A DNA stretch of 64,000 bases from the human T2T-CHM13v2.0 reference genome, Homo sapiens, in the NCBI GenBank assembly GCA_009914755.4, contig CP068257.2, forward strand, positions 33,280,001 to 33,344,000. The letters are read 5' to 3'. Within the stretch, counting starts at the first letter, position 1; each line of letters opens with the position of its first letter. Of this stretch, positions 50,101-62,295 are shown piece by piece. Made by a program: the position numbers and the translations under genes. The notes beneath the pieces are model-generated. The model had not been told where the DNA came from. It made no database searches and saw nothing but the letters and a program-made list of their open reading frames with translations.

Positions 50101-51463
50101 GTAATGAAACACGTGTGCCATATAAACATGTATCTATTTACCAATCTGCTGCTCAAATTGATGACTTTTTACAAGGCTTCTAGGTGGGGCAGCTTTTAGA
50201 ATAAAGATGAACACCCACACGCACACTCTTACATGAGTGACTGAACAATCTCACATTTTATTATTTATAGAAATACATGTGAATATGCTACAACTTAATT
50301 TATTTCCTGCAAGCAGAAATCCTTATCATTATAAGGAAGCCCCTGTCTTTTGTTTTTGTCCATTTTTTCCCCTGATGTGTTCATAAACATGTCCCATGGA
50401 TGGCAGGAATGCACAGCTATTTCACTGGTGGTATAAATAGTTTTCACAGAAGCCCTGTCTATCATGGTAAATGGCACAAAAGACTTTTTTCCTCCACAGA
50501 AGCCTTTATTTTTCTCCCTGTATTTCCCTCAGAGGTCCGCCACAGTCTGAAGGGACTTCACAGCTGTGCTGTCTACGAACCCACTCCTAACTTCCAAACT
50601 TTCGCCAAAGTGTTTCCTCTGAGGTCCTTATAGAAGCGCTTCTGGACAACGTGGGATGTTGCTAACATTTGGAAAGTGACTGTCATGCTGCGAGGAAGTA
50701 TTTGCAGGCCTCTGAGTTCAGTCCTCCGAGGACATTTCACCTTCTTTGCTCTCGTCCAAGCCTTAGACCCCAGCACCCAGTCAGCTCCCCTCCTGTGGGT
50801 TTTCCGGGCTGCTGTTTCATCTCTCTCCCCATTACCCTCATCATCCCCACTCCCACCCCGACATAAATTCAAAAGAAATCTTTTTTTTTTTTTGGGGGGG
50901 GGTTTCACTTTTGAAATGAAGGCTCATATTTCAGCTCTAGATTTAGAATAGGTAAATATTTTTTAAAAAATCATTTCTTCATATAAATTAAAAAGCCAAA
51001 CATCAATAAGCCAAACATCAATAGCAACGGCAACACCTCTCCAACAACAGCTGCAGAAATTGCCAACGTGCACCTAACCTGACCTCACGGGGCCATGCCG
51101 GGGGCCTTGTGGAAGAGGATCAGTCCATCTCTGCCCCACCTCAAGCAAGAGTGACTTGCATTTCATTCCTCTGTATTCATTCTCTCGGGGTTTTCAGCCA
51201 CAAAAGTACTTTATAAAAGTTCTGTATAGGAACAGGCTCTGAGAGGAGAATTTCTCAGAAGAGGTCCAAGGTGCTTTGCTTAAATTACTCAAGGTTCAGG
51301 CTCTCAGGGACAGGGCCATGGCTCACAGGCATTTGCTCTGGGGCTGTGAGAATGTGGGATGAGAATGAGGTGGTATCATTTGTGGATGTGATGGTCTACC
51401 CTTCCCTAATTTCCTAATTTGGGAATGACTGATTGACAAGGATGGGGCTACCTGGAGAGCTAG

Positions 51464-51846
<383 letters not shown>

Positions 51847-53248
51847 GGGATGTGCAGAATTTCTTGCCTGGAGATGTTCATTTATTTCCTTCCCTACCCC
51901 ATCCCCCCAAACAGCTACACTGCCTGGAGATTTGGAAGAAAGAGATGAACAGATGTGTGTGATGTTTTAGTTACATTTGACCTAAAAGTGGGGGAAATGA
52001 GCTAAATGACACACCAAAGTCCTTTTCACTAAACAACCAGTATCAGTAGAGCAAGTTGTTTAAATATTGCCATTAGCCCACTTCTGAGGCTTACTGGAGA
52101 GTTTTACTAATGGCAAGATTCAAAAACAGTAACCTCTGTCTTATTGAATAGACGCTCCCCAGCTGCTGAACTGTGAAGTTAATTTCTGGAAAGTGAATTG
52201 TGTTTGTCATTTTTAAAAATACAATTTTCTGTAATAAAAGCAGAGATGCAACCTTCAGCAGAGAAACATTCCAATGTGGCTGGGTTGAATGCTTTGTTTG
52301 GCTGAGGAATGGTTAAAGTGATGTTTGAGGATGTAACCTACCAGTGGAATGAGGCAAGAGAACTTTGCTTACTACATTGGCCTCCCCTAGGTGTACTTGT
52401 TAATTAAGAGTAAAACCACGAAGGTAGCTCCAACCCCAATCGCTGTGGATGCCACACCCGCGCCAGCGAGGGCAGGCTGATAGAGGCTGTGCTAAGATTG
52501 CCGTCCTGTCACAGCGTGGAGTGGGAGTGGGAAGGGGGCCTCCTACTCTCATCGTTAGCCAACGCACAACATATGTTCACTAGTCATATCCTTTCTGTCA
52601 AGCAAGGAACTAGGCCCTGGGAGTACAAGGATGAATAATACACGAGGCCCTTCTTCAAGGAATTTATAGATCCTTCAGGTAAACCATGTGATGTCCCTCC
52701 GAACTGACTGGCATAAAGCGGATGATGGGGCTTTGACATCTTGTGCTGAGAATAACAGAATCACGGCTGAACTGACATCATAGGATCATAGAATTTTATA
52801 ACATGAAGCAGCCTTAGAGATCGTTCACCAAATTGAGTTAAAATTAAATGATTGTTATAGTTCCTTATAAACTGCCAAATGCTAAACAAACATGATTATT
52901 ATTTGGTGGAAGCCCCTCAGGTTTTGGAAGGAGAGAGACTGATACAAAGTTAAGTCATTGCAACAGGTCTTCTAGCTACAGTGTTATAGGTATAGCTACA
53001 TTGTTACACAGCTACATTGTTTAACATTCATAACCCGCATCTTATTTTGTTGTTTAGTACACATAAGTAATATTTTATTTTTCAAATTATATTATAAATA
53101 ACAGAAATTATGAGAAAGAAACTGTATTGAGGAAATATGGGAAAGTAATTTTGTACTGCAGATCTAGAGTATAATGAACAAAAAGAGCCTATAAGCAAAA
53201 AGATTCAAGCTCTTAACAAGGAAATGCCTTGTACATAACTGCACATAT

Positions 53249-53535
53249 AGGCTGGGCTCAGTGGCTCATGCCTGTAATACCAGCACTTTGGGAGGCCGAG
53301 GCAGGTGGATCACTTGAGGTCAGGAGTTCAAGACCAGCCCGGCCAACACGGCAAAACCCCATCTCTACTAAATACAAAAATTAGCTGCGCATGGTGGCGG
53401 GTGCCTGTAGTCTCAGCTATTCAGGAGGCTGAGGTAGGAGAATCACTTGAAACCAGAGGTGGAGGTTGCAGTGATCTGAGATCTTGCCACTGCACTCCAG
53501 CCTGGGAAACAGCTAGACTTTGTCTCAGAAAAAAA
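53249..53535 (+). mobile_element. Alu SINE, full length, plus orientation
   Basis: GGCTGGGCTCAGTGGCTCATGCCTGTAATACCAGCACTTTGGGAGGCCGAGGCAGGTGGATCACTTGAGGTCAGGAGTTCAAGACCAGCCCGGCCAACACGGCAAAACCCCATCTCTACTAAATACAAAAATTAGCTGCGCATGGTGGCGGGTGCCTGTAGTCTCAGC...GACTTTGTCTCAGAAAAAAA. The near-TSD is TGCACA(T/C)ATAG. Confidence 0.9.
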
Positions 53536-54142
53536 TTGCACACATAGTTAGGTGATGACTTAGTTACATTTCAGAGAGGATATGTGGTAGGCAGAGTACC
53601 TGTGGATGGCCCCCCAAGATTTCCCACCATAAGACCCACAGGTGTCCATCTCTGTGCTAACTTCCAGCGTGGTTTAGGGGAGGCACTGACACTCTGCAGA
53701 ATCCCAGAAAATATAATTAAAGTTCTGTTTATAAATCCTTTATTGACATTTAGTGAACGATTGCAGTGCTACTGATGTAGTGCTCTTTAATAGCTCATTA
53801 TGAAGTTTGTTAGAAGAGACATTAGCAGCAATTTGTCAATAGCCTCTGGAAGTCAAGTGACAAGGTATGCGTGTTTTACAGTGCTGCCGAGTGTTAGACA
53901 TATCCTTGCAGGTGGGGAAACTTCATCCACTTATCTGCCCAAGGGATAGTTCACATGGTGACTCAGATGTTTTGAAGCCACACCATAATGTGTTCTAAAA
54001 GTCGGCGAGAGGTGGAATGACAGCAATCCCACCAAAGTGGCCCCTGTCACTCAAACTTGAGAAGCTGCATGGAATTCCTTTTGTGTCATTCTAAAAAACT
54101 ATAATTCTTTTGAATAGGATAATTTCTTTTAAAAATATTATG

Positions 54143-54248
54143 GAAGCTCTTTAGTTTAATTAGATCCCATTTGTCAATTTTGGCTTTTGTTGCCATTGCT
54201 TTTGGTGTTTTAGACATGAATCTTTGCCCATGCCTATGTCCTGAATGG
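54143..54248 (-). mobile_element. LINE-1 ORF2-derived segment in antisense orientation (the inverted 5' piece of a twin-primed L1 insertion)
   Basis: The reverse complement of GAAGCTCTTTAGTTTAATTAGATCCCATTTGTCAATTTTGGCTTTTGTTGCCATTGCTTTTGGTGTTTTAGACATGAATCTTTGCCCATGCCTATGTCCTGAATG translates to ...[35 protein letters not shown]. This is the L1 ORF2p segment that lies just upstream of [31 protein letters not shown]. Confidence 0.8.
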
Positions 54249-55190
54249 GAGAAAATTTTTGCAATCTATTCATCTGACAAAGGGCTAATATCCAGAATCT
54301 GTGAAGAACTTAAACAAATTTACAAGAAAAAAACAAACAACACCATCAAAAAGTGGGCAAAGGATATGAACAGACACTTCCCAAAAGAAATTTATGCAGC
54401 CAACAGACATATGAAAAAATGCTCATCATCACTGGTCATTAGAGAAATGCAAATCAAAACCACAATGAGATACCATCTCACACCAGTTAGAATGGTGATC
54501 ATTAAAAAGTCAGGAAACAACAGATGCTGGAGAGGATGTGGAGAAATAGGAAAGCTTTTACACTGTTGGTGGGAATGTAAATTAGTTAAACCATTGTGGA
54601 AGACAGTGTGGCGATTTCTCAAGGATCTAGAACTAGAAATACCATTTGACCCAGCAATCCCATTACTGGGCATATACCCAAAGGATTATAAATCATTCTA
54701 CTATAAAGACACATGCACACGTATGTTTCTTGCGGCATTATTCACAACAGCAAAGACTTGGAACCAACCCAAATGTCCATCAATAATAGACTGGATAAAG
54801 AAAATGTGGCACATACACACCATGGAATACTATGCAGTCATAAAAAGGATGAGTTCATGTCCTTTGCAGGGACATGGATGAAGCTGGAAATCACCATTCT
54901 CAGCAAACTATCACAAGGACAGAAAACCAAACACTACATGTTCTCACTCATAAGTGTGAGTTGAACAAGGAGAACACATGGACATAGGGAGAGGAACATC
55001 ATCCACCGGGGCCTGTCGGGGGATGGGGGTCTAGGGGATGAATAGCAACCCATTAGGAGAAATACCTAATTTAGGTAATGGGTTGATGGGTGCAGCAAAC
55101 CACCATGGCACGTGTATACCTATGTAACAAAACTGCACATTCTGCACATGTACCCTAGAACTTAAAATATAATAATAATAAAAAAGAAAA
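54249..55190 (+). mobile_element. LINE-1 3' end (ORF2 C-terminal coding part plus 3'UTR plus A-rich tail), older L1PA/L1PB-like, plus orientation
   Basis: The 236-aa track ORF at 54171-54881 contains [45 protein letters not shown]...[101 protein letters not shown]..., which is the canonical L1 ORF2p C-terminus. It is followed by the 3'UTR (GGGTGCAGCAAACCACCATGGCACGTGTATACCTATGTAACAAAACTGCACATTCTGCACATGTACCCTAGAACTTAAAATATAATAATAATAAAAAAG). Confidence 0.95.
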
Positions 55191-57764
55191 TATATACATG
55201 GCTATTAAAATTGGAAAAAAAATAGTATGGAATTGGCCTGTCATTATACGGGGGTACCTGAGGTGGCAATTTGGCACCACTTGGTACTTTTTATTCATAC
55301 GTGATAATGTCTGGCATGGAATGGGGTCAATATATATGCTTTGAAGGAGTGAATTTATATTTAAGTTTGCAATAGCTTTATGATTCTACAGCTCTCTTAT
55401 TTAATTATTTCATTTAATCATCTCTTCAACACCTCTCTAGAAGGTAAAAAATAATGTTCTCATTTTACAGAAAAAGAAATTGATATTTGGGACGTTTAAT
55501 ATAACCAAGATGCATAGGTCTGTGCAGCTGCTCTTTCTTCTCACTTTCAGGTCATAATTACTGTTTGCTGGGAACATACTGGGTACTGGTGTTAGGCAGG
55601 TCTTTTGTTTCTCATTAACTACCTCCTCACACCAGGAGGTATGTAGGTCTTTTTATCTTCAGATGAAGTCTCAGTGAGGTTATGTAATTTGAGCTGAATC
55701 ACACAGGCTATGTCTGATCAAGCTGGCATCTAATCGCAAGGCTTGCTACTCAAGAGGATGTGGCCTTCCTGCCATCACCCAGCTGCCCTTCCAACTGAAG
55801 TATAAGGCTATTGCTATTTCCATTTTTAAAAATCTGACAGGCACAAAGCACAAAGGCACAAAGACTTAAGGGATGGCTACAGTTATGATAGTTCAGTCAA
55901 GAAGTCTCTGTTTTGGGGACTTTTTTTTTTTTTAAATCTACGTTTTACAGCATTATTATGCGTCTACGTGAACTTAATTTAATGCAACAAGCGTTGACAA
56001 GTGCCTGTTTTGTGCAAATTCTGTGTGATACCCAATGTCCATTTCCTATTCTTCCTTTCAAAAAGTGGCCATAAACAGAACCCTGATTTTGTTGAGGATA
56101 ACAGTGTGCTTAGGTAAGAGATGTCATTTCCCATCATTTCATGTAGCTTGGCACAGTCGTGTGAATAACTTCTGCATGCAACCCCCAGGGAAGCTTTCTA
56201 AAGGGCCTTTTCCTTCCCTTTCCTTCTGACTGGAATGTGGACATGATGTCCAGAGCTCAGGCAGCCATCCTGGGCCACAAAACATCATTGTGAATGGATG
56301 CCAAGTGTTGGGGATGATGGAGAAGAAAGATATAAGGAGTCTAGGTTTTTGATGACATAGTGGAGCTGCCCAGTCAGCCTTGGGCTACTTACAACTGGAA
56401 TTACCATAAGAAAGAAATAAACTTTTATTTTGTTTAAATGACTACTTTCTTCTGATCTCTAAATGCAACTTCTAACTTATGGAGTTACAGGAAAGCTGGA
56501 AAAGATATATTTATTAGTCTTTAGGAAAGACAAATCCACAACTCACTACAGTATGGTCTGAATGTGACTTGATCCAATGATCTAATGAAAACATAAACTC
56601 AGTGGGGAGCATTCCAGAGAGAGAAGAAATTAATTCTGCTAAGAAGAAGGTATCAAGAAAAGCTTGTTGTACCTTGGATGGAGGAAGATAAGAAGTGGAA
56701 CAGAAAACTCAGTAAGCAAAAGAAAGCCTGGACTCCAAGAAGTTGAGCTTAAGTGATGGCAAGTTGGTTGCAAAAAAATGGCTTTGATATTTCCAAAATG
56801 ATTTTCTTTAAGTTTTCAGCAAAGCATTGACTAGTCATAGACTTTTAGACCTTGTTCTGTGGACCCAGATCTAAACCAAACTGCAAGTTTGTGTCACTTG
56901 AGATATTATCTACCAGCACATTTAAGTCTCTTTCTTTAAACATATCACTTCAGTGGTGATATCTTAAGCTACAGAAAGAGTCATCTTCCTTTACACATTT
57001 GGCTATAATTGAGTAGAGATGACTTTTATAAGATTCAGTCCTACAGTCTTAGGCCTGGGTTAAAAAGCTGTCTTTGACTGAAGTGGGAGGAGAAAGGAGA
57101 AAAGGAGAGGGGAAATAGTTATTTGGGATCCCTTCTGGGATATCCCTTCTGACTCCTTGTGGCAGGAGTGATTGTCTGATTGTTTCATTGCAGGGGTCAG
57201 GCTGGAGCAGAGCCTCAAAGGCAGGAGGGTAAAGAATTAGGGCTCCAACCCCAGGGGCTAACGATGCTAGGGAACTTCAGGAGCTTATGACATATCCCTG
57301 ACTTCTCCCTCTGGTGTTCAACAAATATCCATGTAATCCTAACCTTTCCTTGGCCTCTCTTACAGTTAGGGCAGGACCAACTAATTAGATTGTGGTTAAT
57401 GGGATGTAAGTGGGAATAAGCTAACCTCTTCCAGGTTGAGAACTTAAAGGTGTCCTATATTATAATCCCACCCACCCTCTCTCCCCTCACTGTAGTGACA
57501 TTATATCTTGAATTACAGATGCCATAGCTACAAGGTGGGAGCAGCCTGGGACCCTGAATCACTGCGTGGAAGAGATTCTCGCAGAGGAGAAGTTTTCAAA
57601 GCATCTGTCTTTGTGTGAGCAGGAAATAAGCGTTGGTGGTATGAAGACATTGAAACATGGGAATATTTGTGATGGCAGCTGGCATTAATTACTCTGATTT
57701 TGACATTACTTCTTGGCAAGGAAAATAAGTGAGAGGTGGTGCACCTTTGATGAGAAGCATGGGA

Positions 57765-57895
57765 TTCGGAGTTGGAAAATACAGCCTTCAGCTTGATTCC
57801 TGGGTGAGTTTGGGCAAGTTTCTTAACTTCTTCAGCCCCAGATTTTTATCTATAAAAATGAGAATAATGGCTGTGCCTCCTTCCTAGGGCAGTTT
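57765..57895 (+). mobile_element. MIR SINE fragment, plus orientation
   Basis: GGAGTTGGAAAATACAGCCTTCAGCTTGATTCCTGGGTGAGTTTGGGCAAGTTTCTTAACTTCTTCAGCCCCAGATTTTTATCTATAAAAATGAGAATAATGGCTGTGCCTCCTTCCTAGGGCAG. This matches MIR ...CTGGGTGACCTTGGGCAAGTCACTTAACCTCTCTGAGCCTCAGTTTCCTCATCTGTAAAATGGGGATAATAATACCTACCTCACAGGG. Confidence 0.7.
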
Positions 57896-60800
57896 TTTAT
57901 TTTTCAAAGTATGGTTGCACAGAAAACCTGCATCAGAAATACCCACAGGACTATTACACTGCAAATCACTGTGTGCCCATCTGGAAGCTACCGAATCCAG
58001 ATCTTTGTGGGTGGGAGGAAGTCTATTTTTTTTTTTTAAAGTTATCCAGGGGACTCTTACACTTACTAAAGTTGGAGGATGATTGTTCTAAGCAGTTGTG
58101 AGGATTGCATGAGACAATACGAACAAAGACTTTAGGACTATATCTGGCCCATGGTAAGTGCTCCATATATGGAAGCAATTATTTTTATCATTAGAGCACA
58201 CTGTGGTGTAGAATAACTTGGTCAGAAAAGCTAGGCAAGTCCATGAAGGGGAAAAAGGGAGATGGCATTACTCTTTCTCAGGATTATAACTCTGAACTCA
58301 AAGGGAGCCAAGAGGGCAGGCACACTGAATGTAACCCGATTTGACTTAAACGGAAGACTGAGGCAAATCATTGATGTGTTGAGTATTCAGCAACAGAATA
58401 ACAACCTGAAAACAGATGAAGGAGAAGGTTGCTGTCCTAACAGCAAAATCCCTTAAGACTCCCAGGCTTTCCGAAGGTGAATTTTTAAGCATTGATGGAA
58501 ATGCGTTAATGAGCATATAAAATTGTGGTTGAATGGTGACCACCATGCCTGAAGCTCTGTTGAAAAATTATTGACAGCTATATTGCTTATTCCTGTAGTG
58601 GTTAGGAAATGAAATGCCTTTCTCTAATCAAGTAATTGCATTAAGGAGCTACTGGGAACATTTGGTTGCTTTTCCGGAATAGGCAAGAAGTCAACTGCAC
58701 TTCAACCAGGTTAACTGTCAAGAGGAGTTTGGCTCAAATTTCTTTTAGTTCAACTAACATCTTTTTTTTCCTCATGCATATGCAAGCAAAAGTATAAAAA
58801 TAAATTCAGCTAATAGCCAAAACAAAACAGCACATTTGTAGTAAATCCTGCCTGTTTCTGAAATAAAATTCAGCAAAAGATGTGTTTTTGTTTTTTCTGT
58901 TTAAGGGAGAGATGGTGGAGATGTGGGTTTTGGCACAAACCTTAAACCCTAAAATGAGCTGCAACACAGGTGGAGTGAGATGGATTTCCAGTGACTAAGG
59001 CAGACAGCGTCATGCCCAGCTTTAACTGTGTGAAGATTCATTGTGAATTTTGCCATAGCCCAAGCAGAAAGAAGATACATTTTCTGGTTACAATAGTTTT
59101 GGTTGGCAGAATTTACCTGAAAATTCACTCAAAAAAGTCTCTCATTTGAAAGATGAACTGGTAGAGAATTGTGAACATACAGAACAAGGATATAAGTAGA
59201 CAGAACACAGTCATTTTTTTGTTGAAGTTGTTACTGTGAAATTTCAAGCTCCTTGGGTCTTCGAAAGGCCACTTTTATGTCTGCAGCTCCATAGAGATAC
59301 AACCACTGAAATAAAAAACACAGTGACTGGGCCATTTTGTTTACACAGTGCCACATTCTTGGCCAGTCTTGTTTGTCACCAAATGGCCTGATGAATGCTG
59401 TTTTGATGTCACGCCCTAGATACCACTTTGTGTTTTTGTGCTCTTGGGCATGAATGGGTGACTAGCTCACTCATGGGCTGTGGCTCTAAGGCCCCTGGTT
59501 ACTGAGCAAAGTTGATCTGAATTGCTAGAACATTTGAGCCCATTTGCCCCATCCTGCTCGTTCTCCTCCTCTTCCTCTTTTTCTCTCCCATATATACAGT
59601 GATATGCAGGGCATACCACTACATCATAGATCTCAGTCCTCAAAGCTTACAAAATTACTTCCATTTGTGAGGTAAACTAACTCTTGTTCCTCAGTCTTGA
59701 ATTTACCCACCAGGCTTGCTGCAAAGAATGAGCTTAAAAATAACCTGATGATTTCCACGTGGCAGGGCCACGGGTTACAGAGCACAGCCTGTGCCCCTAG
59801 GACAGGCACCCACATTGTTCTTTTTGGAAGGAGTGGATCTGATGCCAGGGAAAGGTGACACAAGAAAGAAGCTGGCCACGAAGCCTCTGAGCTTTGTGAC
59901 CTGATGCTCACCTGACGCATGGCCAGGCTGTCTCCTCTCTGCCAAATAGGGAGAGAAACTCTGACTTGGCCGACATCGTGGGTGTGTTAGGTAATATTTG
60001 CCAACTGCTTTGAAGATGAAAAGCGTTATGGGGCACTAAATGTGATAATTATCAATTATAAAACCTCACTACTCCCTGGAACACTAGGGGCGAATGAGCA
60101 GGAAATATAAATGTTTGTGACAGGAAGCCAGGAGCCAGGATGGCTCGTGAAATGTGAAAAGTTCAACACACAGTGCCCTTACCTGGGGCAAGCCAGGAAC
60201 TCATTTGTCTTTGGAAGGTAAATGCTTCCTTGAGCTAACGAGGTGGCCCCCTGAGAGACTACCTTATTAAGTACTCCTGGAATTCTGGGCAAGGGGTGCC
60301 TGTGTACCTCTCCAGTGCCACCTGGGTGCCATGAAAAAAATGTCCCACTTGGAGTTTGGCCTGGGCTTTTCCCTCATCCTTTCTCTATTATCCGAGGATA
60401 ACAGGGTGATAGACTGAAGACCTCTGGGCCGTTCAGATATTCGTACATTCTAGACACACATCATGATGATATTCACACATCATAATCATTGAGCTTTTGC
60501 AAGGATCCCGGAATGAGGCACACACCTCCTCTGGCCATTTGATTGTGTTTATAAACTGAAGTGTTCTTGTCTTGGAAATCTTTAGCCTTTTCAGGGTCAT
60601 CTGGAATCCCGAGGCTGATGTCATGTCCGGCTATCGGCACATGTAGTGTAGGCAGTTTACTCTATGGCTTCATCTGAGGGGTATGGGGCAGGATGTCTGT
60701 CCCAGTAGCCAACCCTTTTGCCCGTCAGGCCACCAATGGGAATTTCTCTTGCCAGTGGTTTGTTTGTACAAGTCTCCCAACAAATGCATCCTTGTAAAGG

Positions 60801-61126
60801 ATGGCGGTAAAATAATAACTCCTTCTAGTTCATCTTTTTTGAAAGACAGACAAATTTGGGGGCACTCAGAAGAATTACAATTATTTACCTCCTGTGAGAT
60901 AAAGGGCTGTCTAACAGGCTGATGTGTGGCCAGGACAAAACAGAGCAGAAACAGTGCCCATTACTGAGCAAGTAGACAACACGGGACTCCAAGTCTAGAC
61001 ACTGCCAGCGCCCAGCTGTGTGCTTATGGCGAACCCCTTCCCCTCCCCTACAGAGGCTCAGTGAACATTCGTAAAATGAAACCAGCCCAGCTAGGCAAAT
61101 GATTTTAAGTCCTTCCTTGCTCTAAA

Positions 61127-62022
61127 GACTCAAACAAATTTACAAGAAAAAAACAAACAACCCCATCAAAAAGTGGGCAAAGGATATGAACAGACACTTC
61201 TCAAAAGAAGACATTTATGCAGCCAAAAGACACATGAAAAAATGCTCATCATCACTGGCCATCAGAGAAATGCAAATCAAAACCACAGTGAGATACCATC
61301 TCACACCAGTTAGAATGGCGATCATTCAAAAGTCAGGAAACAACAGATGCTGGAGAGGATGTGGAGAAATAGGAACACTTTTACACTGTTGGTGGGACTG
61401 TAAACTAGTTCAACCATTGTTGAAGTCAGTGTGGTGATTCCTCAGGGATCTAGAACTAGAAATACCATTTGACCCAGCCATCCCTTTACTGGGTATATAC
61501 CCAAAGGACTATAAATCATGCTGCTATAAAGACACATGCACACGTATGTTTATTGCGGCACTATTCACAATAGCAAAGACTTGGAACCAACCCAAATGTC
61601 CAACAATGATAGACTGGATTAAGAAAATGTGGCACATATACACCATGGAATACTATGCAGCCATAAAAAAGGATGAGTTCATGTCCTTTGTAGGGACATG
61701 GATGAAACTGGAAATCATCATTCTCAGTAAACTATCGCAAAGACAAAAAACCAAACACCGCATGTTCTCACTCATAGATGGGAATTGAACAATGAGAACA
61801 CATGGACACAGGAAGGGGAACATCACACTCTGGGGACTGTTGTGGGGTGGGGGGAGTGGGGAGGGATAGCATTAGGAGATATACCTAATGCTAAATGACG
61901 AGTTAATGGGTGCAGCACACCAGCCTGGCACATGTATACATATGTAACTAACCTGCACATTGTGCACATGTACCCTAAAACTTAAAGTATAATAATAAAA
62001 AAAGACATATCCAAAAAAAAAA
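61127..62022 (+). mobile_element. LINE-1 3' end (ORF2 C-terminal part plus 3'UTR plus poly-A), younger L1PA-like, 5'-truncated, plus orientation
   Basis: ACTCAAACAAATTTACAAGAAAAAAACAAACAACCCCATCAAAAAGTGGGCAAAGGATATGAACAGACACTTCTCAAAAGAAGACATTTATGCAGCCAAAAGACACATGAAAAAATGCTCATCATCACTGGCCATCAGAGAAATGCAAATCAAAACCACAGTGAGATACCATCTCACACCAGTTAGAATGGCGATCATT... The track ORFs at 61186-61437 and 61546-61788 match L1 ORF2p. The 3'UTR ...GGGTGCAGCACACCAGCCTGGCACATGTATACATATGTAACTAACCTGCACATTGTGCACATGTACCCTAAAACTTAAAGTATAATAATAAAAAAAGACATATCCAAAAAAAAAAA follows. It is flanked by AAAGACTCAA at 61124-61133 and about 62021-62030, which I read as the TSD. Confidence 0.95.
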
Positions 62023-62084
62023 AGACTCAATGTTTTTTGAGCTACAGGTCTCCAGTGGTATTGTTAGGGGAACAAAGAAGTGCA

Positions 62085-62295
62085 CTGTGACTTTCCTGGG
62101 AGAAGCTACCAGCTGCGTGACCCTGGGCAAGGTACGCAAGCTCTCTGTCCCTCAGTTCCTTCACCTCAAAATGGGGATAACAATGTATCTACCTCATAGG
62201 ATTCTGAGGATTACACAAGCTAATACTAAGGCATGGAGAACAGTGCCTAGCACATCATAAATGCAGTGTGGATGTTGGTGAATAAATAGAAAGAA
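62085..62295 (+). mobile_element. MIR SINE, plus orientation (core plus 3' region)
   Basis: CTGCGTGACCCTGGGCAAGGTACGCAAGCTCTCTGTCCCTCAGTTCCTTCACCTCAAAATGGGGATAACAATGTATCTACCTCATAGGATTCTGAGGATTACACAAGCTAATACTAAGGCATGGAGAACAGTGCCTAGCACATCATAAATGCAGTGTGGATGTTGGTGAATAAATAGAAAG. This closely matches the MIR consensus. Confidence 0.8.

Noticed and set aside
54171-54881. 236-aa ORF (and the 61186-61788 ORFs) as cellular protein-coding genes
   Set aside because: These are translations of LINE-1 ORF2 C-terminal remnants ([17 protein letters not shown]...[18 protein letters not shown]...). Both L1 copies are 5'-truncated and cannot encode functional ORF2p.
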